NCBI GenBank assembly: GCA_028023455.1
Contig: JAQFVV010000001.1
Coordinates: 23,002,001-23,066,000 of the forward strand
Length of the DNA: 64,000 nt
Direction of reading: 5' to 3'
Source: Epiperipatus broadwayi
Lineage: Eukaryota; Animalia; Onychophora
The notes beneath the pieces are model-generated. The model saw only the letters and a program-made list of their open reading frames with translations, did no database searches and had not been told where the DNA came from. A program made the position numbers and the translations under genes. Shown piece after piece: positions 54,212 to 64,000 of the stretch; position 1 is the first letter of the stretch, and the number at the start of each line of letters is the position of its first letter.

Positions 54212-55507
54212 AATGTTTAGAGTAAATATAAGGAATTTGCCTTTTTAATTAGAACTGAGTTTTTTGTACAATTTGTTCATCCTAGAAATATATGCTGTTG
54301 TGACTTCTATATTAAGATTTACTGAAGAAACATTTGCACATCTCTGTAACAAAATTAGGATCACCATATATGCATGTTTTTCATTTGTGTGAGAAAATTT
54401 AATTCACACACATACACATTTTAGAAGTGAAAATATATCAGCCTCATCTTTTTATTTTCTCTTTTAAGTTTATTCACTTTGATGATTACCTTTCTTTCTT
54501 TTTTTAGAAAATATCAACTAAAAGGGAAGGGTAGAACTCTCTTACTTAACTTTTTAAATTGCATTTGAGATGGTGTAGTTACTAAATATTTATAGAAATC
54601 TAACTGGAAGGAAGTTTTTTTTTTCTTAAAAAAGAGATATTTTAATGTTATTACAAAACCTTATCGTGATTTTTATTAATATGAGTTAGGAATAAATTAG
54701 TAAATTTTTATTTTTCTAGTTATGAAATTGCTATACCAATAAGAAATAAAGTTTAATATTAATGTACAGAGAATATTTTGTAAATATATATGTAATAAAT
54801 TTTTATTATTCAATATTTATACTTGTAATATTTATTTAAATTTCAAGTAACTTATAATCTTTTAAAGATATGAAATGTGTAATAAGGCTGTAATTATTTA
54901 GCTTAACCATATATTATATGGCAATTACATAATTTCTTTGAATCAAGAAAATCTGATAATCAGATAGATTTGAATATTGAGATAGCTGAATTAATAGTAT
55001 TATTAATCTGTTTTAAGGACCCTTTGTTAGCAAAATAATAGTTTAGAAGCTTAATTTTATAAATTATTGCTAAAAGTGATATAATAATATTTTGAAATTA
55101 TCTTGTTCAAACTATAAATATTTACTAACTAATCATGTAATTATATGTTGGATTATGTCCATCATCTAGAATTAATTGTAAAATGTCTTTAAAAAATGTT
55201 TAAAGCATTCAATTCTTAGATTAGTACATAATACATTTCAAGTGGTATTATTACTCTTACTTTAAACAATGCATTAGCCTATGTGCTATTATTAATTAAT
55301 GTATTTAAAACATTTTACTAAAGTTTGAATTTTTCCAAAAACAGTTGATAGAAGTAATTTTTTCATACAATTACAAGGAGAATGCCATCATCACAAATTT
55401 TCAGACAAATCATATTTTTTAGAATTTATTATGCTTCTGTAAATACTTCTTTCTCATTAATTATTCTAATATATATATATATATGTAAATAATAAATAAC
55501 TCAGATT

Positions 55508-55610
55508 ATATGTGACTGAACAGGAAATAACTGAAGCTTCCAATTGGTTATGTAATATTATGTTATATAATTCATTGGAAGCTTCAGTTACTTCCTGTTC
55601 AGTTATATAT
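55508..55610. repeat. ~100-nt hairpin with 37-bp near-perfect arms
   Basis: atatgtgactgaacaggaaataactgaagcttccaat pairs with attggaagcttcagttacttcctgttcagttatatat (two mismatches). Confidence 0.85.
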
Positions 55611-55872
55611 ATGTATAATAAATGCATTATTTTGGTCATAAACATTGTTAATTTAAGTAATAGGAATTTCACATATAATAAAAACATGTACATCTAATAA
55701 CGAAGTATGTTTATGTTAAACATATTGTAACGTCCATAGTTTAATTAGGGTTTTTTACAAGTTAATTACTTCATAACTGGTGATCAAACTATGTTCAATT
55801 TGATAAATTTTCATCAGAAAATTTCAGTGAATTTTATCGAATGCAGTTATTTTTCCTGGTCACCCAACTCAC

Positions 55873-55939
55873 TAAATGTACTAAAGTTAAATAATAGCGA
55901 GGAGAGAACTAGCTTTTAATTTATTTGAAAAGGTGCCAT
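55873..55939 (-). other. Candidate SRL first (signal-peptide) exon, interrupted by an in-frame TAA
   Basis: 67 nt run from an ATG to a phase-1 GTGAGT donor, reading MAPFQIN*KLVLSSLLFNFSTF. The phase fits the next exon but the stop argues against it. Confidence 0.2.
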
Positions 55940-58900
55940 GATTCTATATAAGAATCCACTGGTCAAACCCCACCTATTTATTTAGTCATGTTGAAATTAC
56001 TTGGAATATCCAGGGGATTGGGTTTTCAAGTATAGCATCTACAATTTATTTAATCAAATTATTATAATGGTTAATTTTAAATGAACTTAGACAATTAATA
56101 ATCAACAACTAAATATCATTGTAAGTTAATATTTAAATTTATTGATACACAATGGAACATTTATATTATTATTGAGAGAATAAAATATAAGAGAAATAAA
56201 TAGGGATTAAAACTACTGATAAGATTTTATTTTAATTGATACGACTCGAGATGACAGTTTATCTCACTTAGAATTCAAAGAGAAAGTGATCACTGATATT
56301 TGAATAAATAAAGTTTCTTACTGGTAAGTTTAACTGTTTACATATAATATTATAGAATTTACCATGCATGGATTTATCTTGGGAGGATACGCTGTTACAT
56401 ATTCTTGCAGTCTATAAGCACTCTGTGGTTTCAGATTTAGTAGGAGATGGCTTCACTCGTGGTAGTTCATGACCTCAGGCAAAAAGCAACATCGGCAAAT
56501 GAACTTTACTCGCACATCTTAGTATGATTTAACATGTTGGTGAAAGTAGTTTGACATGCTCTTCATAATTTCTTCAATGCTTAATATTTATTTTGAACTG
56601 TTTTATTTCAGGAAAAAAAATCTAAGAACCCTGACGCATGATGTGTTTTTCTTTTTATAGTCCTGATCTTTTTTAGCCTATCTCCGCAATTCTTGTTGAC
56701 ACCTGTTAATTTAGACCAAATTTAATGTAGTTTAGCCCACAAAGTCTTCCTTTTTTTTTTTTTTTGGTGTTGCCATCTTTAATTACCGAAGGAATGCTGC
56801 GATTTTGTTTTACATACTGCTAATAGCTTCACAATAAAGATTTGTTTTATCTTTACAAAAATACAAAGTAGTTTCCCTTTATGTTTTTTTTTATACTCTT
56901 TATATCCTTTCTCTCTTTTCGATTTCTTTTAACATACACACAAAAAAAAAATCTATAAAACCATGTTGTCTAAACTAAATCAATCAGATATTTAAATAAA
57001 AATATTATCTTTTTAGGAATTTAGTAATTTAACTTCTAAATTGCCAATGCAATTTGAACTAGAATAAAATACATTACAATATATTACTGCATTAATAAAG
57101 TGTGTGTATATATATATATATTCTATTTATGCTTTAGTTTATCAACATACATATCTTGATGACCCCTATTTGGAGTTGAAATACAAAAGACATCAAGGCT
57201 TTTATTAGGAAATTTCAACAACAAAATTAAAAGATAGAATTAAGGTTGAATATTAAAAAGACAAAGGTTATAATAATAGCTAGTTTCAAAATTGATAATG
57301 AAGGTATAGAAATGGTTGACACTTTTTTAGCTTTGGTGTTTCAAGTGATTAAAAATATGAAAATTTGACTTGAATAGTAATAATAATAATAGTCAAATGG
57401 CTTTATTCCTTCGGAATTTGTAAACAGTTTAAGACTACAAGTGACAGAGCTGACTGCAATTCATGAGCCTTGTGGTCCAAAATCTGTCACTTTACCATAT
57501 ACCAAATGATCAGAATACTTAAACATTTAAAAAAATAGGTGGACATGTATTGGATTTTTTTTTAATTGTGATATTGATAAAGACTTGAGATTTCCATGAA
57601 TTATATGATAAACGGACAAATGAATTCTTGATTATTATTTTAGTCATATCTTGGACTGATCTAACTTCATTAGAAAAGTGTAAAATGTTTAAATAAGTTG
57701 AGGAGAGAAATGACTTGCAGTGAGAGATACATAGACTCCATCATAATAATAAATATGCGTTTAAACAACCTAAAAAATCAAGCTGATAATAATTCATTCT
57801 AGAGGAATGCTGTTGTTGATTTATATAATTATATTTGTTTGGGGTGAAGTTTGAATTTAATTAAGTTGTATTGTTTAGATTTTTTTTTATATACAAAAAA
57901 TATATAATTTTACTGTAAATGATAATAATCAACATTTTAAAAATATTTTCATTACTTAATACAATAAAGTGATTATTTTAATAAAAAAAAAACTTATTAT
58001 TTATAAATTTCTTTATTATCAATACCATGTAATTTTTTAGTTTTTTGTGGAATATATTGTCATTTTTTACTGCAATCCATTTGTGTGAAAGCTTAGTCTA
58101 TGATGTGTTTGTAAATTATACTTAACATATTCCCCTATGTAATAATTGCTTTAACAGATGTTTTTTAAGATTTAATGTAAATTAAACAAAAGATTTTAAT
58201 AAAAATAAACATGAGAATAAAGGCCATCTTTTTTTTTTAATTGGTTGCTTTAACAATTTTTTTTTTACTTTGTGGAATTACTTGCTTTGAATAAAATGCT
58301 TATAATCAAATTAAGTATTTAAGTTAAAATTTTTAAATATACCTGTTATATTTGATATGCAAATTTGACAGCATTACAGACACCTATTAATGGCGGAATT
58401 AGTGTGATCGATATGATATCAAACTACACAACTTCAATTATATGCTAACCAAAACTAAATGTAAATATGGTACTATAGCATCTATTTTTTCCCTCATTAA
58501 ATATCACATTTCAAACATGAATTTTTTTTCCCCCAAATGTTTTTTATTAATGGCAGAATTACTTCTCATAAAATATGCTTCATAATAAAAAGTTTAGTTA
58601 GGTATAGTTATTATTAAATTTTTTTTGATGCTGTTAAATTCATTGTTTTTGTAATTTGTTAAAGCAACTAATTAACCAGTGTTGCAGACAATTATCAAGA
58701 TTTTATATACTTAATTGGATAAAGAATGGTAATGATTTAAGTATTATTTTTGCTTATCATATCTACTTTACGTTGAGAAAATTTTCTTTGTGGTAATTTT
58801 ACACATTTATGCATGGTCTCAAAAGTTTTGCATCTGTTGAATGGGGAGGGGGTAGAGAGCAAAACAATTTTTTTTTATAAAACTTGGTTATATTTTTACC

Positions 58901-60294
58901 ATTATTTTCATCACACACACACAAACATATTTATATATATTTGCAATCAACACTCAGTCATAAAATTAACATGTATCCTTAAACTTTGCAATAATTCCTC
59001 CAACATTCTAATGACTTCTTTTTGACTTTAATTTCCTATAAGATAATATAATTTGTAGAAATATAAAAATAAACCTTAATCTTAGTCTGGGATGCTTTAT
59101 ATATATATACAAGTATGCCCTGAATGATTTATTTATCTTCACGACTTGCAGATGTTTATATATTAATATAGATTTTAATTATTTAAATAACTAGTTTGTT
59201 TACTTGGAAATTTTATATATATAGTGAGAGATATTACATGTATTCAAAAATTTATAAATTAATTAAAGGCAGTCGCTATTTTAAGATTTGGCTTAGATTT
59301 TAATTATGCTCAATTTCTATTTTTGAATTCTTTTAGTGAGGTAATTAATCCTTAATGAAACTTTTTTTAAAGTAAGAATTCTAAATAGCTACAAAATTTA
59401 AAAGTTACTATTGCATTGAAATATTTCTTTTTCAGTTTGATTTATACTATAATAAATATTTCAGTTAAATAAATATATTTTTGTATAATTGAATATGTAT
59501 TCATTCACTCATGAGTCAATCAGTATAGATAAGGAGTCCCCAAATTTATTTGAAGGTTGGTAGAAGAAAATGAATCTTTTAGAAAAAAATTCCCATTCCA
59601 AAACACATAAATTAGCAAATAAAAATAAATAAATCGGATTTAATAGTCCAGAATGAATTGAATAACTCATACTCATTTAATAATTACATTTATATTTAAT
59701 TTTTATAAAAATATGTATTTGTTAAGAAAACAAAAAGGGACAATATAATGTGATGAGTGGGCTTCTGATTTTTTTTTTTTTTTTTATAGTATTATTTTTA
59801 ATGCAAATATAAACTGGGAAAATTGTATGATGCTTTTATTTAATGAGCTTCTCTATTGGCTTTGACAACTGGTAAAATTTTGGCTGTAGCAAACAGCCTA
59901 TTCTAAAAACTTTCAGAGTCACTTTTGCATTTATAATACCTGACTTTGTAGCAAATTTGTTTATTGAAGTTCTAGAAGTGCATAGAAAAATATTAAAAGA
60001 TTGTAAATCATACTTCAGAACAGATGATTTTTGATTTATAGATAGTTAGATAAATAAATATTTAAACATATAGGCATACATTTGTCAGTATTATGTATAT
60101 TTGCACATCTAACACATTATATACATTACAAATTTTAAAATGTGTTATGTGTGTGATTTTGAGTTCAAATCTGGGTCAAGTAAAGTTGTTTTTAAGAATC
60201 ATAGAATTTTTTTGTCTGATAGGTAAATAGGCATTTAGATATTCATAATTTGAAAATAAAACAAAAATGCATAACTGCCTAAACTGTCACTCAG

Positions 60295-60375
60295 CGATTG
60301 GCATTCTGTTGTGTATTGCCATTTCCTTTACTATTCCTCAAGAAGGGTTGATAGAAAGATCTTTGCCATCAGTAG
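60295..60375 (+). other. Candidate plus-strand exon (DWHSVVYCHFLYYSSRRVDRKIFAI or IGILLCIAISFTIPQEGLIERSLP)
   Basis: ctcag acceptor, with alternative donors GTAGGT (60372) or GTTATT (60376). Two frames are open and compatible with the 48844-48880 candidate. Confidence 0.25.
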
Positions 60376-63300
60376 GTTATTTATTTCAAAGTTTTGTTTA
60401 CTTTACTTTTTATGAATAAAAGAAAGTGCTGAATTTCAACAACAATAATAAAATTGCAAATTTGTTAATAGCAAGGTTACACTAGTTAGAGAAAGATTTC
60501 ATTATCACACAGCATTTAGGGCAGTTAGCAATGACAGATGTGGTCTTAGACATTTAGTCATGTATTTTGAATATTTTTATTTTGAGTTTTAGGATTTCCA
60601 TGGTTTTACTTTTATTACAGAGGATTTACTAGGTGTATTGATATTATATTTTATATATATCGAGTTTAATAAAATTAACCATATTTTTTCCAGAATTGAA
60701 CTGAGGAAGCAGTTAAGTCTGCCATCACATCATGTGCTTTATAACATTTAATAAAAAATGGATGGGATGAATAAATAAAAGACTTAGTAAAAGTACATGA
60801 GATTCATTTAAAAAATAAATATTTTATAATATGTTTTAATTAAATATTTTTTTAGATTAGTAATATTTGCTTTAGAAATTTGTTTGGTCTCACTGCTCTT
60901 TATACCTTTTTTAAAAATACATGTTATGGTGCCTGTATACATTGTCTTATATAAGTTAAAGGTAAAAATAAACGAACTGAATATAAAATACTTGTCAGGT
61001 GAAAAAACAAAAAGTAATTTTTTGATCTTAATATTTGAATTGCAAAGTAATGAAAGTGAAGTTCCTAGCAATGGATAAATAGATTAAGGATTTTTTTTTA
61101 TAATTATACAATAATTCATTTTTTAAAGTGTTAATGGAGATTATTTATTTTATCGGGAAAAAAAAATTAAATGCTAATATTTTGCTTATGATAATAACTT
61201 CTTTTATTATTTCATTAAAAATATGAAATGTATTAAAAGTTTTAGAAAATAAATATTGAAAGTACAGTGGACCACGATATCCTTTATATTTTGTTCCAAG
61301 TCTCCCTTGCATAACATCATACATGACATATAATAACTCATGTTTTGTTGATAAGCTTTGATTACAATAGAATATGTATTATTTATTGAACTGCATGCAT
61401 ATTGAAAAGTTTGAACAGGTCTCAAAATTATTTTTTTGATGTTGGTGTCGTTAAGGTTAAAATTTTACTTATTTTACTTATTATTTAATTGTAATTTGTA
61501 AGGATTTTATAACATATATCATGCACACACACTAATTGTAAACTATTTAATTTTGGTTAACTAAAAATTTAATTAATGCAATATCAAGGAAAGAAATGAA
61601 CTTTGTAATTATTTTTCTAATCTCTCAATATAAAATTTTATAAAGATCAAAAGACAATGCTTAGTCTAGGTAAAATTGATCTATTTGATAATAATGAATC
61701 TAATGAATATGCAATTTCCTTGTGTTGGGCATTGTCATAAAGAAATCTTTTAATTTAAACTAATTATATTGGAATTCGATCATTATAGTGCAAAAATGTT
61801 GGCTATCTGGAACTATTTTGATAAATTGTTGCAAGGGAGAAGATTCTAGAAATTAAAAAAGAGAACAATGGTAGCAGTTCTATAAAAGACTGAGATTTTT
61901 TGTTTAAAAAAAAAATATATTGATGTCAAAAAAAAAAAAAGAACTCTGTCATACCAACTTGTCTTAGTTCATGAAGGCAGTTTCTATAGCTGTAAATAAA
62001 TTAATCAAGAATAAACCAAAGAACTATTTCAGCATTCTTATTAGCTAATATGTATTGCTAGGCTTTTATAAAACAGACTCCTCTCTTCGAGCAAGAACTC
62101 CATCTCTCATGAAGGCAATCCATTAGAAAGCTGCTGCTCTCAACTTCACCACAGACAAATCTCAACATATCCACAAAGATAAGTCACAATTGAACTATTT
62201 CTATGTGTGGTATACATCATGGACTTATGGTAAATTAATATGAATTTTTTTTTTTATCATAACTCAGTAAGCCAAGAATGATTTTATTTTGTCTTTTAAT
62301 TATCGAATATATATATTGGCTTTTTAAAGATTCAAATTTAAGCTAAGTCTATGTAATTTTTTTTTATATTAATGTACTAAATATAGTTATATAAGTAATA
62401 TCTCCTTTATAGAGGAAAGTTGTTTTTTTCTTTTGTTTTATGGTTAAGCTGTGGAATAATTAAGTATGAATGAGATATGCCTTTTAAAATTTTATGCAAT
62501 TGAAAACAAAACACTTTATGGTGTCTAGTTGTTGTTTTTTTTGTTTCTGTCTTATTGTTTTTTTAGAAATACAGTATATCCCCTTTCTTCTTTGGTAGTA
62601 TTAATGATCACAAGTTTTGTAGTTGGCAAACTCATCATTAAATGAAAAGAAAGGGAGACTATCAATAAACTGTTATTCTTTCATGGTACTTGCTATTAAT
62701 TAAAATTTTTTAATCTGATAATTTATTATTTTACATATATATAGTTTACCATAAATTCTTCAAGGAAAATTTATTTAGCTTATATTATCATAGTATTCAT
62801 ATATATAAGAAGTGTTTTCTCTGAAGTATGTGTGTGCATAAAGATGGTCTGATTGCAAGTTCATTATATGTATATGGATTTAGCATTAAGAATTTTATTT
62901 TGTTTTCATAGTTATCTATATTTATTAGGCAATGCCACTGAACCATAGTCATCTACATTGCAAATTGTAAGCTGCTTGAACTAAGGCTAGATTTCAGATG
63001 TATAATTCTGGTTATTTTGGATTTTATTGTATATTTCTGTTTTATTTCTTATGGGCTGGGTTCGATCATACCACACTCATGTTATAAGGAAAACCAATTT
63101 CAAATAAGCTAAATATTTAACAAGAATAAGAGCAAATGTTATTTAGAAGGGGTACCTTTTAAGAAAATTTTGTATTATTTCATTCACTATTGAATCTTAT
63201 ATTATGTTAGAATAGTGATTTCTTCAGGAATAATAAACCAATTCAATTGTGTAAGAAAGATGTATATCAGTCATCACTATATCTGAATAAACACTCATCT

Positions 63301-64000
63301 ATATTAGTGTATTTTGGGGTTTTTTTTTTATTTATTTAAATGTTGGCTTTTAATTTTTTTTTAAAATAAATATATTAACAATTAATTGCCAGATGTTTGT
63401 TACTGTCATCTGTTTACCAATTGTTTCTAGATAAAGAATCTCTCTACCTTTGATCTAGCAGTGGTAATTAAATTTGCATCTATGAATAGTCATATTGATT
63501 TCATACTAATCAATCTATAACTAAATATATTATTATTGTTTTTTAAAAGATTATTAGTTTTGAGTCTTATTTTTAAAACTTAAGTAAATAGATTTATCAG
63601 AGTAGATATTTAAAAAATATGCTTAATTTGCTAAATCAATGATGAGCAATCTACAGCTGTCTGTGCATAAGTATAAGATTTTTTTTTAAATTTCTACAAC
63701 AAAAATGTTAAATTATATAAACAAACAATACATCTCTGGTATCATGTGATAAGTCTCTAGATCTACTTAGATAAGTATATTGCTGATTGTGCTGTATATC
63801 ATTCTAAAATTATTTTAAAAGGGATTTTAAAAACTACTTCATGAAAATTCTTTGCAAATAGAAAGTCTATTTTTTGTATGATCACAATACTTTCATTTGA
63901 TATGAGTATTTCATGTATCAGAAAATAAACATTTTTTTTACATGTGGTCTGCTGGAGACTTTACTGAAGTTTATGTGGCTCACAATCAGAAAAGATTATA

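Noticed and set aside
62076-62230. GC-richer island with AG/GT ends
   Set aside because: All three plus-strand frames have stops and I recognised no homology.

Overview
This is very AT-rich, visibly CpG-poor eukaryotic (probably invertebrate animal) genomic DNA; it is not prokaryotic, and I found no rRNA, tRNA or CRISPR array. One gene is well supported: a minus-strand sarcalumenin (SRL, EHD/dynamin-like luminal SR protein). It has four phase-1 coding exons (38465-38521, 37179-38339, 32744-32860, 24902-25938), and its signal-peptide exon is not confidently located. The rest is intron/intergenic DNA containing decayed RTE and Vingi-like LINEs, a hAT MITE with an 8-bp TSD, a TIR element, a satellite-like array and several foldback palindromes. 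The most interesting signal is three unrelated minimal type I hammerhead-ribozyme (HHR) families. The best is a 1.43-kb retrozyme/Penelope-like insertion (41390-42820). It comprises head-to-tail 475-bp HHR-bearing units plus an inverted arm, all inside a 13-bp TSD, with the tandem HHRs on the SRL sense strand. All alignments were done by eye; no searches were run.
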